The notes below the pieces were generated by a model, which saw only the letters and a list, made by a program, of their open reading frames with translations, searched no databases and was not told where the DNA came from. The translations under genes and the position numbers were made by a program. DNA of 64,000 bases from Actinomycetes bacterium (lineage in GTDB: Bacteria; Actinomycetota; Actinomycetes; Mycobacteriales; Mycobacteriaceae). Positions 29,194 through 40,700 of the stretch are shown here, one piece after another (position 1 is the first letter of the stretch; each line of letters begins with the position of its first letter). Location of the stretch: NCBI GenBank assembly GCA_022601135.1, contig JAHZJB010000043.1, positions 20,075-84,074 on the forward strand, read 5' to 3'.

Positions 29194-29844
29194 GTGAATG
29201 ATGAATCATCGAGCCCGGTCGAGCCGGTGGCCGGCAACGGGGCCGTGGGGCCACCGCAGGGTGGGCAACGGCGTCGCCTGCGCCTTCTGCTCACCGTGGC
29301 GGGAGTGGTGCTGGCCTTGGACATCGTCACCAAGGTGATGGCGGTGAGGTTGCTGACGCCCGGTCAGCCAGTATCGATAGTCGGCGATACCGTGACGTGG
29401 ACTCTGGTGCGCAACTCGGGCGCGGCGTTCTCGATGGCGACCGGGTACACGTGGGTACTCACCGTGGTTGCCACGGGCGTCGTCGTCGGCATCATCTGGA
29501 TGGGCCGTCGCCTGGTGTCTCCGTGGTGGGCGATCGGTCTCGGCATGATTCTCGGCGGTGCCATGGGTAACCTCGTCGACCGGTTCTTCCGATCACCGGG
29601 GCCGTTGCGCGGTCATGTCGTGGACTTTCTGTCCATCGGGTGGTGGCCGGTGTTCAACGTGGCAGACCCCTCCGTGGTGGGCGGTGCGATCCTGTTGGTG
29701 GGGTTGTCGTTGTTCGGCTTTGATTTTGACACCGTCGGGAGGCGCCAGCCGGACGACGCCGAGGACACCGTCGGGAGGCGCCAGCCGGACGACGCCGAGG
29801 ACACCGTCGGGAGGCGCCAGCCGGACGACGAGTCCGGGGATTGA
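29194..29844 (+). CDS. lspA: Lipoprotein signal peptidase LspA with tandemly repeated C-terminal tail
   Basis: [39 protein letters not shown]. Confidence 0.96.
   Translation: MNDESSSPVEPVAGNGAVGPPQGGQRRRLRLLLTVAGVVLALDIVTKVMAVRLLTPGQPVSIVGDTVTWTLVRNSGAAFSMATGYTWVLTVVATGVVVGIIWMGRRLVSPWWAIGLGMILGGAMGNLVDRFFRSPGPLRGHVVDFLSIGWWPVFNVADPSVVGGAILLVGLSLFGFDFDTVGRRQPDDAEDTVGRRQPDDAEDTVGRRQPDDESGD
29728..29830. repeat. 36-bp tandem repeat, ~2.8 perfect copies ([12 protein letters not shown])
   Basis: GACACCGTCGGGAGGCGCCAGCCGGACGACGCCGAG at 29728 and 29764, partial copy at 29800. Confidence 0.97.
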
Positions 29845-30773
29845 TGGCGACACGTTCGATGCCGGTCCCGGAAGGACTGGCCGGAATGCGGGTGGATGCC
29901 GGCCTGGCCCGCCTGCTCGGGCTGTCACGCACCGCGGCGGCAGCACTGGCCGAGCAGGGCGGCGTCGAACTCGACGGGACCCGTGCGGGCAAGTCCGACA
30001 AGCTGATCGCGGGCGGCTGGCTGGAGGTGCAGCTGCCCGAGGCGCCCCCTCCGGTGGAGAACACGCCGGTGGAGATCGAGGGCATGTCGATCCTGTATGC
30101 CGACGATGACATTGTCGCGGTCGACAAGCCGCCCGGGGTGGCGGCGCACGCCACCGTCGGCTGGCATGGTCCGACGGTATTGGGCGGGTTGGCGGCCGCC
30201 GGTTTTCGGATCAGCACCTCGGGAATCCACGAGCGCCAGGGCATCGTGCACCGGTTGGATGTCGGCACCTCCGGCGTCATGGTGGTGGCGCTGTCGGAGC
30301 GGGCGTACACCCTGCTCAAGAGGGCATTCAAGCAACGCACCGTGCAGAAGCGCTACCACGCGCTGGTCCAGGGCCACCCCGACCCGTCCAGCGGAACGAT
30401 CGATGCGCCGATCGGCCGCCACCGGGGTAACGACTGGAAGTTCGCCGTCGTCGCGGGCGGCAGGCACAGCGTGACCCACTACGACACCCTGGAGGCGCAC
30501 CAGGCCGCAAGTCTTCTCGACATTGAGCTCGAGACCGGTCGCACCCACCAGATCCGGGTTCACTTCGCCGCGTTGCATCATCCGTGCTGCGGGGACCTGA
30601 CCTACGGCGCGGATCCGGCCTTGGCGCGCAGGCTTGGGCTGGAACGCCAGTGGTTGCACGCCAGCTTCTTGGCATTCGCGCATCCGGCTGACGGGAGGCG
30701 TGTCGAGATCACCAGTCCTTACCCCGCCGACCTGCAACGAGCGTTGGACGGCCTGCGCCGCACCGATGTGTGA
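29844..30773 (+). CDS. RluA-family pseudouridine synthase (RluD-like, Rv1540 orthologue)
   Basis: S4-like N-terminus, [44 protein letters not shown]. Confidence 0.95.
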   Translation: MATRSMPVPEGLAGMRVDAGLARLLGLSRTAAAALAEQGGVELDGTRAGKSDKLIAGGWLEVQLPEAPPPVENTPVEIEGMSILYADDDIVAVDKPPGVAAHATVGWHGPTVLGGLAAAGFRISTSGIHERQGIVHRLDVGTSGVMVVALSERAYTLLKRAFKQRTVQKRYHALVQGHPDPSSGTIDAPIGRHRGNDWKFAVVAGGRHSVTHYDTLEAHQAASLLDIELETGRTHQIRVHFAALHHPCCGDLTYGADPALARRLGLERQWLHASFLAFAHPADGRRVEITSPYPADLQRALDGLRRTDV

Positions 30774-30784
30774 GGAACGAACCG

Positions 30785-32008
30785 ATGCCAGTCGACCCTG
30801 AAGAGAAGTTCGTGGCCGTTGTCGGAACCTGCGACACCAAAGCCGAAGCGTTGCAGTACGTCACGGATCTCATCGTTGCCGCCGGGGTGCCCGCGAAGTT
30901 GATCGACGTCAGCCCGGGGGGCTCGAACGCACCGGCCGATGTTGGCTCGGCCCAGCTCAAGGCCGAATACTCGGGAGCTCCGGAAAAGCTGTCCAGGGTC
31001 TCTGATCGAGGAACGGCAATTGCCCAGATGTCCGACGTTTTTTCGGATTGGGTGCGGCGGCACCGGCATCTCATTTCCGGCATGATTGGGCTGGGCGGAT
31101 CGGGAAACACCGCGCTCATCACGCCGGGCATGGGGATGCTTCGGGTTGGAGTACCCAAGATCATGGTCTCGACGGTGGCTTCCGGCAACGTGGCCGCCTA
31201 CGTGGGCCCGAACGACATCGCCATGCTGTACTCGGTGGTCGACATCGCAGGATTGAATTCGATTTCGAGAGTGGTCCTGGGGAACGCCGCCCATATGATG
31301 GCGGGCGCGGCGGCCGGTGTAGTGCCGGCTGCCGACCAGCAAGACCGGCCGGAGATCGGTCTGACCATGTTCGGCGTGACCACGCCCTGCGTCGACCGCG
31401 TCGTGTCCGAACTGACCGAACGCTTCGAATGTCTGGTGTTCCATGCCACGGGAACCGGTGGACAGACGATGGAGAAACTCGCCGACGAGGGGCGCCTCGC
31501 CGGAATGATCGATGCCACCACCACCGAGATCGCCGATCTGTTGGCCGGGGGTGTCATGAGCGCGGGCGAAGACCGTCTGGGCGCTGCGATTCGCACGGGT
31601 CTGCCCTATGTTGGTTCATGCGGAGCGCTGGACATCGTCAACTTCGGAGAGATGGAGACGGTCCCGCAGAAGTACCGGGACCGTCAGCTTTTGGTACATA
31701 ACCAGCAAGTGACCCTCATGCGGACGACCGCCGAGGAGAACCATCGGATGGGCTTGTGGATCGCGGCGAAGCTGAACCAGATGGAGGGGGAGGTCCGCTT
31801 TCTGATTCCGGAGCGAGGCGTATCGAGCCTCGACGTGGCTGGCGGTCCCTTTCATGACGACACGGCTGACGATGCCCTGTTCTCCGCACTGGAAGCCACC
31901 GTCAACGAGACCGCAAGCCGCCGGCTGATTCGAATCCCGCACGCGATCAACGAGGTCGAATTTGCCGATGCGCTGGTCGAGAACTTTCGCGAGATAGTGC
32001 GGATCTGA
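30785..32008 (+). CDS. UPF0261 / Tm-1-like ATP-binding domain protein
   Basis: [83 protein letters not shown]; GAGGA RBS directly after the rluA stop. Confidence 0.9.
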   Translation: MPVDPEEKFVAVVGTCDTKAEALQYVTDLIVAAGVPAKLIDVSPGGSNAPADVGSAQLKAEYSGAPEKLSRVSDRGTAIAQMSDVFSDWVRRHRHLISGMIGLGGSGNTALITPGMGMLRVGVPKIMVSTVASGNVAAYVGPNDIAMLYSVVDIAGLNSISRVVLGNAAHMMAGAAAGVVPAADQQDRPEIGLTMFGVTTPCVDRVVSELTERFECLVFHATGTGGQTMEKLADEGRLAGMIDATTTEIADLLAGGVMSAGEDRLGAAIRTGLPYVGSCGALDIVNFGEMETVPQKYRDRQLLVHNQQVTLMRTTAEENHRMGLWIAAKLNQMEGEVRFLIPERGVSSLDVAGGPFHDDTADDALFSALEATVNETASRRLIRIPHAINEVEFADALVENFREIVRI

Positions 32009-32010
32009 TC

Positions 32011-32844
32011 GTGACCGAACTCTCCCGGGAAACGACGCTGACGCGTCTCCATGCGATGGCGGCCGAGGGCATCCCGATCGTGGGAGGTGGGGCGGGTACC
32101 GGCCTGTCGGCCAAGTGTGAACAGGCCGGCGGGATCGATTTGATCGTTATCTACAACTCGGGCCGGTACCGGATGGCCGGACGCGGATCGCTGTCGGGAC
32201 TGTTGGCCTACGGCAACGCCAACGAGATCGTTGTCGATATGGCCAAGGAGGTGCTTCCCGTTGCCCGTGATACGCCTGTTCTGGCAGGGGTCAACGGGAC
32301 GGATCCATTCTGTGTTTTCGATGTCTTTCTGGATGACCTAATACGGCTCGGCTTCGTAGGGATTCAGAATTTTCCGACCGTCGGCCTGATCGACGGTGTC
32401 TTTCGCCAGAACCTGGAGGAATCGGGCATCTCTTATGCCCAAGAGGTTGACCTGATCCGCCTGGCACACGGTAAGGGCATGCTGACGACCCCATACGTCT
32501 TCGATAGTCAGGACGCCGTCGCGATGGCGCGAGCCGGGGCAGACCTCGTCGTCTGCCATATGGGTCTCACCGCCGGCGGCGCGATTGGCGCGGACACGAC
32601 CCGCGGGCTCGATGAGTGCGTGGCCCTGGTTGACGAATGGGGCGCCGCTGCACGCGCCGAGAAGGAGGACGTGCTCATCTTGGTCCACGGCGGACCGGTC
32701 GCCACGCCCCAGGATGTCGAGTACGTCCTGAACCGTGCGAAGACCTGTCATGGTTTCTACGGCGCGAGTTCACTGGAGCGCCTGCCCACCGAGGTCGCGC
32801 TCACCGAACAGTGCAGGAAGTTCAAGGCGATCAGGCGCGGTTGA
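32011..32844 (+). CDS. PEP-hydrolase-like TIM-barrel protein (Tm-1 C-terminal domain homologue)
   Basis: [74 protein letters not shown]. Confidence 0.9.
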   Translation: MTELSRETTLTRLHAMAAEGIPIVGGGAGTGLSAKCEQAGGIDLIVIYNSGRYRMAGRGSLSGLLAYGNANEIVVDMAKEVLPVARDTPVLAGVNGTDPFCVFDVFLDDLIRLGFVGIQNFPTVGLIDGVFRQNLEESGISYAQEVDLIRLAHGKGMLTTPYVFDSQDAVAMARAGADLVVCHMGLTAGGAIGADTTRGLDECVALVDEWGAAARAEKEDVLILVHGGPVATPQDVEYVLNRAKTCHGFYGASSLERLPTEVALTEQCRKFKAIRRG

Positions 32845-32945
32845 CTGCGGGATGAACTGCGCTGTCGAGGCCCGGGCACAGCCGGCGAGACACGCAGCGC
32901 GACACGCCGCGCGCCGTCGGCGGCCGGTCATAGACTGGCCACCCT

Positions 32946-35900
32946 ATGAGTGGTTCAGATTGGCGGTCCTCGGGGTCGTTCGTTCACCTGCATAACCACA
33001 CCGAGTACTCGATGCTCGACGGTGCTGCGAAGATCAGTCCGATGCTCGCCGAGGCGCAGCGGCTGGAGATGCCCGCGGTGGGCATGACCGATCACGGAAA
33101 CATGTTCGGCGCCAGCGAGTTCTACAATACGGCGACCGAGATGGGCATCAAGCCGATCATCGGCGTGGAGGCCTATATCGCTCCGGCCTCGCGTTTCGAT
33201 ACCAAACGAGTCCTGTGGGGAGACCCGGGCCAAAAGGGTGATGATGTCTCGGGCAGCGGCGCCTATACCCACATGACGATGGTCGCGGAGAACGCGACCG
33301 GGTTGCGCAACCTGTTCAAGCTGTCATCTTTGGCGTCTTTCGAGGGCCAGCTGGGTAAGTGGTCGCGGATGGACGCCGAGCTGATCGCCGAGCACGCCGA
33401 GGGCGTCATCGCCACCACCGGCTGTCCTTCGGGCGAGGTCCAGACTCGACTGCGCCTCGGTCATGACCGCGAGGCCCTGGAAGCGGCCGGGAAGTGGCGG
33501 GAAATCTTCGGTCCGGACAACTTCTTCCTGGAGCTGATGGACCATGGGCTGGACATCGAACGGCGGGTTCGCGAGGGGCTACTCGAACTCGGCAAGAAGT
33601 TGTCGATCCCGCCGCTGGCCACCAACGACTGCCACTACGTCACCCGCGACCACGCGCACAACCACGAGGCGCTGTTGTGCGTGCAGACCGGGAAGACCCT
33701 GTCGGACCCCACCCGGTTCAAGTTCGACGGCGACGGGTACTTCCTCAAGTCCGCGGCCGACATGCGTGCGCTGTGGGATGACACTGTGCCCGGCGCCTGC
33801 GACTCGACCTTGCTGATCGCCGAGCGGGTGCAGTCCTACGCCGAGCTGTGGAAGCCGCACGACCGGATGCCGGTCTTCCCGGTGCCCGACGGGCACACGC
33901 AGGAGACCTGGTTGCGCCACGAGGTCACCGACGGATTGCAACGGCGGTTCCCGTCCGGCGTCGGCCAAAACTACACCGAACGGGCAGATTACGAGATCAA
34001 GGTCATCTGCGACAAGGGTTTTCCCTCGTACTTTCTCATCGTCGCGGACCTGATCAACTACGCCCGCTCGGTCGACATTCGGGTGGGGCCCGGCCGTGGT
34101 TCGGCAGCTGGCTCGTTGGTGGCCTACGCGCTGGGCATCACCAACATCGATCCGATTCCGCACGGTCTTCTTTTCGAGCGATTCCTCAACCCGGAACGGC
34201 CGTCGGCGCCCGATATCGACATCGACTTCGACGACCGTCGCCGCGGGGAGATGCTCCGCTACGCTGCCAACAGGTGGGGCAGCGACCGGGTTGCCCAGGT
34301 CATCACCTTTGGCACCATTAAAACCAAAGCGGCGCTGAAGGATTCGGCGCGGGTACATTACGGTCAGCCAGGGTTCGCCATCGCCGACCGAATCACCAAA
34401 GCGCTGCCCCCGCCGATCATGGCCAAGGACATCCCGCTGTCGGGCATCACCGACCCCAACCACGAGCGGTTCAAGGAAGCCGCAGAGGTTCGCGGGCTGA
34501 TCGACACCGATCCCGACGTGCGGACGATCTACCAGACCGCTCGCGGCCTGGAGGGGCTGGTCCGCAATGCCGGGGTGCATGCCTGCGCGGTGATCATGAG
34601 TTCCGAGCCGCTCATCGATGCCATCCCGTTGTGGCGGCGCCCGCAGGATGGTGCGGTCATCACCGGGTGGGACTACCCGGCGTGCGAGGACATCGGCCTG
34701 TTGAAGATGGACTTCCTCGGGCTGCGGAACTTGACGATCATCGGGGACTGCATCGAGAACATCAAGGCCAACCGGGGCATCGACCTCGATCTGGAGGGAC
34801 TGTCTCTCGACGACCCGGCAGCCTACGAACTTCTCGGCCGCGGCGACACTCTCGGCGTATTCCAGCTCGACGGCGGCCCAATGCGGGACTTGTTGCGCCG
34901 CATGCAGCCCACGGAGTTCAACGACATCGTGGCGGTGCTGGCACTCTACCGGCCGGGCCCGATGGGTATGAACGCGCACAACGACTATGCCGACCGCAAG
35001 AACGGTCGTCAGGCGGTCAAGCCGATCCATCCAGAGCTCGAGGAGCCGTTGCGCGACATCCTCGCCGAGACCCACGGCCTGATCGTCTACCAAGAGCAGA
35101 TCATGTTCATCGCGCAGAAAGTCGCGTCCTACACCATGGGTAGAGCCGATGCGTTGCGCAAGGCCATGGGTAAGAAGAAACTCGAGGTACTCGAGGCCGA
35201 GTACCAGGGCTTCAAGGAGGGGATGACCACAAACGGCTTCTCCGAGGCCGCGGTGAAGGCGTTGTGGGACACGATTCTTCCGTTCGCCGGTTATGCGTTC
35301 AACAAGTCGCACGCCGCTGGTTACGGCCTGGTGTCCTACTGGACGGCCTACCTGAAGGCGAACTACCCGGCTGAGTACATGGCGGGGTTACTCACCTCGG
35401 TCGGCGACGACAAGGACAAGGCAGCGGTGTACCTGGCGGACTGTCGTCGGCTGGGCATCACGGTGCTGCCGCCGGACGTCAACGAATCGGTGCAGAACTT
35501 CGCCTCCGTTGGCAACGACATCCGGTTCGGACTCGGGGCGGTGCGCAACGTGGGGGCGAATGTCGTTGCCTCGCTGATCAGCACGCGCACTGGGAAGGGC
35601 AAGTTCACCGACTTCTCGGACTATCTCGACAAGATCGACATCGGGCCGTGCAACAAGAAGGTCACCGAGTCGTTGATCAAGGCCGGTGCGTATGACTCGC
35701 TGGGGCATCCCCGCAAGGGGCTGTTCCTGGTGCATACCGACGCGGTGGATTCGGTGCTCGGCACGAAGAAGGCCGAGGCGATGGGTCAGTTCGACCTGTT
35801 CGGAGGTGCTGACGGCGCCGACTCCGGAGAGTCCGTGTTCACGATCAAGGTGCCTGACCAGGAGTGGGAGGACAAGCACAAGCTCGCCCTCGAACGTGAG

Positions 35901-36503
35901 ATGCTGGGACTCTACGTGTCGGGGCATCCGCTCAACGGTATCGCCCACCTGCTGTCCACTCAGGTGGACACCGCTATCCCGGCGATCCTGGATGGTGACG
36001 TAGCCAACGACACTCAGGTTCGGGTCGGTGGCATCCTGGCGTCGGTGAATCGCCGGGTCAACAAGAACGGATTGCCTTGGGCCTCAGCGCAACTGGAGGA
36101 CCTCACCGGTGGCATCGAAGTGCTCTTCTTTCCGCAGACGTACGCGATGTTCGGCGCCGAGATCGCCGACGATGCCGTCGTGCTGCTGGGCGCCAAGGTA
36201 GCCATCCGGGATGACCGGATCTCGCTGATCGCCAACCAGCTTGTCGTGCCTGATTTCTCGAGTGCCCAGGTGAACCGGCCCGTTGCGCTGAGCCTGCCGA
36301 CGCGGCAATGCACCGTAGATAAGGTCAACGCGCTCAAGCAGGTGCTGACACGTCATCCGGGTACTGCCCAGGTGCATCTGCGGCTGATCAGCGGGGAGCG
36401 CATCACCACCCTCGAGTTGGATCAGTCGCTCCGGGTGACACCGTCTTCGGCGCTGATGGGTGATCTCAAGGAGTTGTTGGGTCCCGGCTGTCTCGGCGGA
36501 TGA
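32946..36503 (+). CDS. dnaE1: DNA polymerase III alpha subunit DnaE1
   Basis: PHP domain [44 protein letters not shown] fold; no intein; TAGACT -10 at 32931. Confidence 0.98.
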   Translation: MSGSDWRSSGSFVHLHNHTEYSMLDGAAKISPMLAEAQRLEMPAVGMTDHGNMFGASEFYNTATEMGIKPIIGVEAYIAPASRFDTKRVLWGDPGQKGDDVSGSGAYTHMTMVAENATGLRNLFKLSSLASFEGQLGKWSRMDAELIAEHAEGVIATTGCPSGEVQTRLRLGHDREALEAAGKWREIFGPDNFFLELMDHGLDIERRVREGLLELGKKLSIPPLATNDCHYVTRDHAHNHEALLCVQTGKTLSDPTRFKFDGDGYFLKSAADMRALWDDTVPGACDSTLLIAERVQSYAELWKPHDRMPVFPVPDGHTQETWLRHEVTDGLQRRFPSGVGQNYTERADYEIKVICDKGFPSYFLIVADLINYARSVDIRVGPGRGSAAGSLVAYALGITNIDPIPHGLLFERFLNPERPSAPDIDIDFDDRRRGEMLRYAANRWGSDRVAQVITFGTIKTKAALKDSARVHYGQPGFAIADRITKALPPPIMAKDIPLSGITDPNHERFKEAAEVRGLIDTDPDVRTIYQTARGLEGLVRNAGVHACAVIMSSEPLIDAIPLWRRPQDGAVITGWDYPACEDIGLLKMDFLGLRNLTIIGDCIENIKANRGIDLDLEGLSLDDPAAYELLGRGDTLGVFQLDGGPMRDLLRRMQPTEFNDIVAVLALYRPGPMGMNAHNDYADRKNGRQAVKPIHPELEEPLRDILAETHGLIVYQEQIMFIAQKVASYTMGRADALRKAMGKKKLEVLEAEYQGFKEGMTTNGFSEAAVKALWDTILPFAGYAFNKSHAAGYGLVSYWTAYLKANYPAEYMAGLLTSVGDDKDKAAVYLADCRRLGITVLPPDVNESVQNFASVGNDIRFGLGAVRNVGANVVASLISTRTGKGKFTDFSDYLDKIDIGPCNKKVTESLIKAGAYDSLGHPRKGLFLVHTDAVDSVLGTKKAEAMGQFDLFGGADGADSGESVFTIKVPDQEWEDKHKLALEREMLGLYVSGHPLNGIAHLLSTQVDTAIPAILDGDVANDTQVRVGGILASVNRRVNKNGLPWASAQLEDLTGGIEVLFFPQTYAMFGAEIADDAVVLLGAKVAIRDDRISLIANQLVVPDFSSAQVNRPVALSLPTRQCTVDKVNALKQVLTRHPGTAQVHLRLISGERITTLELDQSLRVTPSSALMGDLKELLGPGCLGG

Positions 36504-37708
36504 ACTCACCGCCGCCGGCGGGGCTGAGTGCGTGGCGGTTCGTCACCACCTTCGGCGTGATCAGCCTGCTGGCCGACATTGTCTACGAAGGTGCCCGGTC
36601 CATCACCGGGCCGTTGCTCGCCTCGTTGGGCGCCACCGCCGTCGTGGTGGGAATCGTCACCGGGGTGGGGGAGGCCGCGGCTCTCCTGCTGCGGATCGTC
36701 TCGGGCCCGCTGACCGACCGCACCGGCAGGTTCTGGACGTGGGCCATCGCCGGCTACTTCCTGACGGTGATTACCGTGCCGTTCCTGGGCGTCGTCGGCG
36801 TGTTGTGGGCGGCGGCCGCGCTGGTGATCGCCGAACGGGTCGGCAAGGCGGTGCGCAGTCCGGCCAAGGACACGCTGCTCTCGCACGCGGCCGCCGTCAC
36901 GGGTCGCGGCCGGGGTTTTGCCGTGCATGAGGCGATGGACCAGGTCGGGGCCGTTGCCGGACCTTTGGCGGTGGCGGCCATGCTGTTCGCCTTCGACGGC
37001 GATTTTGGGCCGCCCCTGGTGTTGTTGGCCATCCCGGGCGCGGGTGTCCTGATGCTGTTGCTGTGGTTGCGTGCCCGGGTACCCGAGCCGGCCCGTTACG
37101 AAGTGGAAGCCACGGCGTCGAGTGAACCTGCCGTCCCGCAAAGCTTCTTGCGGTCGCTACCCAGTTCGTTTTGGAAGTACGCCGGCTTCTCGGCGGCAAC
37201 CATGCTGGGATTCACCACATTCGGAGTGCTGTCCTTCCATCAGGTTCAGCAGGGAATCGTCCCGGTGGCGGTGGTGCCGGTGATCTATGCCGGTGCCATG
37301 GTTGCCGACGCCGGCGCGGCACTCATCAGCGGTTGGACCTATGACCGCATCGGTGCGCGAGTCCTCGGCGCGCTACCGGTGCTGGCCGGACTGGTGCCGG
37401 TATTGGCCTTCGCCGACCACATCGCACCAGTGGTTGTGGGGGCCCTGGTGTGGGGGGCGGCCGTCGGCATCCAGGAGTCGACGCTGCGCGCCGTCGTCGC
37501 CGATCTGGTTGGACCGGCTCGCCGGGCTACGGCCTATGGCGTCTACGCCGCGGTGATCGGGACCGCCGCCGCGGCCGGCGGAGCGCTGACCGGGTTGCTG
37601 TACTCGCATTCGGTGACACTGTTGATCGTGGTGGTACTCGTGGTCCAGGTCGCGGCGCTGGCTGGTCTGCAGTTGGTGCGTCTTCACGCCCGTCCGCCGG
37701 GCGGATGA
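36500..37708 (+). CDS. MFS transporter, substrate unknown
   Basis: ~12 hydrophobic segments, [10 protein letters not shown] and GWTYDRIG loop motifs, RSPAKDTLL; ATGA overlap with dnaE1. Confidence 0.88.
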   Translation: MNSPPPAGLSAWRFVTTFGVISLLADIVYEGARSITGPLLASLGATAVVVGIVTGVGEAAALLLRIVSGPLTDRTGRFWTWAIAGYFLTVITVPFLGVVGVLWAAAALVIAERVGKAVRSPAKDTLLSHAAAVTGRGRGFAVHEAMDQVGAVAGPLAVAAMLFAFDGDFGPPLVLLAIPGAGVLMLLLWLRARVPEPARYEVEATASSEPAVPQSFLRSLPSSFWKYAGFSAATMLGFTTFGVLSFHQVQQGIVPVAVVPVIYAGAMVADAGAALISGWTYDRIGARVLGALPVLAGLVPVLAFADHIAPVVVGALVWGAAVGIQESTLRAVVADLVGPARRATAYGVYAAVIGTAAAAGGALTGLLYSHSVTLLIVVVLVVQVAALAGLQLVRLHARPPGG

Positions 37709-37739
37709 TCCGGGAACCTCGCGTGCTGACTTCGGGAGC

Positions 37740-40700
37740 TCAATATCCGATCGAAATTCGCAGCTGGTCCGCCGGTTCGGTGTTGTTGAGGATCAGCACC
37801 GAACTTTGGTCATTGACGTCGTCGTAGGGAAACCCGTAGGCGAGTTGTTCGATGCCGATGTCGTGAAACAGCTTGGCCCAGGGGTTCCATCGCTGGCCGT
37901 CCGGATAGTAGGCGGCGACGTTGTTCCACTGCCCGGGAGTGTCCGCCACACCCCGGTTGAACGCCGCGTCGAGCTCGGCGAGGAACAGCACCTGTAGCCC
38001 GGCACCGGCGAACGGGCCGTCGGCGGCGAAGGTTTCCGCTGTCGTGGGTTTGGCCATGGTGTACGCGGTGGGCGCGCCGCCCGGTGGGGTCACGGTGTAT
38101 TCGAACAGTTGGGTGTCGGCGTTGACGCCGCCGCTGACCAGGTAGCCGGGGCCGTTGTGGGTGAATGTTTCGTTGGTGTACTTGTCCCAGAAGTCCCGGA
38201 TTGGTTCGTCGAGCCAACTGGCCACCGCGCCAGGCTGGGCCGTGCGCGGTGACAGCATCCGCAGCGGGTTGCCCGAGGCATCTCTGATGACCAGTGGCTG
38301 GAATGCCGCCGGAAGCGCTTGGGCGAAGGTGTTGAACACTTCGCTGCGCGCTGCCTCCAGGCCCCGGGTGGCCGAGAAGCCGCTGGCCGACTGCTCCAGG
38401 GTGAACGTGATCGGCACTGCGAACATGTCGACCTGGGTGGTGTTGGCGCCGAAAGCGACCCGGCCGTGGTCGTAGGTCAGCTCGAAGTAGTCGTACACCG
38501 TGTGATAGTTGGGATCGCGTTGATACGCCGGGTCGGGCCCGGCCCAGCTGGCGTTATCGGCGCCGATTCCGATGAACAAGGGCTGGCCCATCGAGACGTA
38601 CATTCGGGTGCCCTGTATCTCCGGTGGAACCCGCAGACCATCCGCGTCGGCGAGGCTGAATGACATGTTGGCGTAGTTGACCGAGTCCTTTGTCAGGTGG
38701 CCCGGGGCGTCGGCGGCGGTGTGGTCGAGTGGGTGAGCCACACCGGCGGCGTCGACCCACGACCAGGTCCCCGGCGGCGCCTGGCCGAGAATGGTCAGGA
38801 AGATTTCGTCGTCGCCGAAGGCGCCGCCGGTGTTGTTGACCAGAGTCACCGGGAAGGAGCCGGTCGGCGCATCTGGTGCCGGGGGAGGGGGCGGCGGGGG
38901 TTCTGGCACCGGACTTGAACCATCGCCATAGCCATAATCGCCGTAGACGTAGCGGGTACCGGCACCGAAAGTGTCCAGGAAGAAGGTCTCCACCGCGGGG
39001 TTTACTTCGACCCGTGAATCGCCCCATTCGGGACCCCATCCGTGCGCGGGCCAGTCGGAGTTGATGTAGGCCAGGGCCGCCACGTCGTACTGCTCGACCA
39101 CCTCATCCAGGCGGTCCAGGTACTCGATGAACAGGTTTGGATCGCCTGCAGCCGGATTCTGTGCCGTCGACTCGGCAATGACGATTTGGTGGCCCTGCGC
39201 TCGCGCAAAATCCATGGCCAAGGCAAGGTTTGGATCGATTCGCTGGCCCGGCGCATTGACGATTCCGTAGGCTTCCATGCCGACATCGTGGTTGAAGACC
39301 GAGAACCCGACCCAGTCGACGTTCTCCGGTCCGGGATAGAGCCACTGGGTGTCGTTCAGCCCCCGAACCGGGTGGAAGCCGAACTCTACGTTGTCGGCCT
39401 GGGATTCGATGCGATCGACGATGTGGTTGTAGGCGTCGATGAAGGCATAACGATCGAGTTCGGGATAGGCGTCAGGGTTGTCGAACACATTGATCCCCGA
39501 ATTCGCTTTCTCGGTGAGCCAGTCATTGATGTACTGCTCGCCGGTGTAGGCGAAAAGCGGCAGGCCGACCTCGTATCCGACGCGGAGCAGAAATTGAGTG
39601 TCGGGACGGCTTGCGATGATGTCGGCGAAACTGTCGATCTGATTGTCCCACATGCCGTTTCGGATGTCGTTGAGCGCTTCCCAGACCGCGTTGGAATTGT
39701 AGTCGGCCGCATTCGGATTGACCATCTGGCCGTATCCCCCGGCCGGGGTGTTGTCCTTGAGGCTCAGTGCGACCATGGCGTAGTCGCCGAGATCGTTGTC
39801 GCGGATGTAGTCCAAGAATTCGGCGTTCGGGCCGTCGTCACCCTGCTCGATCGTTCCCCAGTAGAAGGTCGAGTAGTGCGAGGATCCGGCCGGGGTCAGC
39901 CCGGTTCCCTCGATGAAGTCGGTGTATTCCTGCTGGAAGGTCTGCCCGACGAGCATCAACGTCGTGCCCCCAGCCAGGGCGCCGAGGGGAGCGGGCGCCG
40001 CACCGGGCTCCTGGGGGTCGTTGACCGGCGTGACGATGATGGTAACCGTGGCGGGGTCGCTGCTGGCCGTGCCGTCGGAGGCGGTGTAGGTGAATACGTC
40101 GGTACCGGCGAAGTTGGAGGTGGGGGTGTAGCTGAACACGCCGTCGGGGTTCAGGTTCACGCTGCCGTGGGCCGCGCCGGCGCCCAATGCGGCACTGAGC
40201 TTGTCGGCGTCGGCATCGGTGTCGTTGGCAAGCACGTTGCCCAATACCGGGGTGCCTTGGGCGGTGACGAAAGTGTCGTCGCGGGCGACCGGTGGGGTGC
40301 CGGCGGGGGGTGGCACCGTGGGGGGTGGCACCGTGGGGGGTGGTGTGTAGGTCCTGCCCTCGGCCCCGTCTGGTGCTGGACCGGAGACGACGACACCGTC
40401 AACACCGTCGGTGCCGCCGGTGCCCGCCGTGCCGCCCGGGCCCGCGTTACCTGAAGCGCCGCCGGCGCCTCCCCGTCCGCCCATCGGATTCGCGGCGTCG
40501 CCATCGGCGCCGTCACCGCCGCGGCCGCCCGCACCGCCATCACCTCCGGACCCTCCGTTGCCACCGCGGCCGAACCAGCCACCCGAACCGCCGTCCCCGC
40601 CGGCCCCACCGGAACCGCCGCGGGTGCCGTCAGCACCCGCTGCACCTGGAATGGCGGCAGCTGTGCCGTCGATGCCGTCCGCCCCGTTGCCACCAGCGCC

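Noticed and set aside
29728-29830. 36-bp repeats as a possible CRISPR array
   Set aside because: The copies are directly adjacent with no spacers, are in frame inside lspA, and have no cas genes nearby.
32946-36503. Intein or frameshift in dnaE1
   Set aside because: Normal length (1185 aa), continuous motifs, and no Hint or LAGLIDADG signatures.
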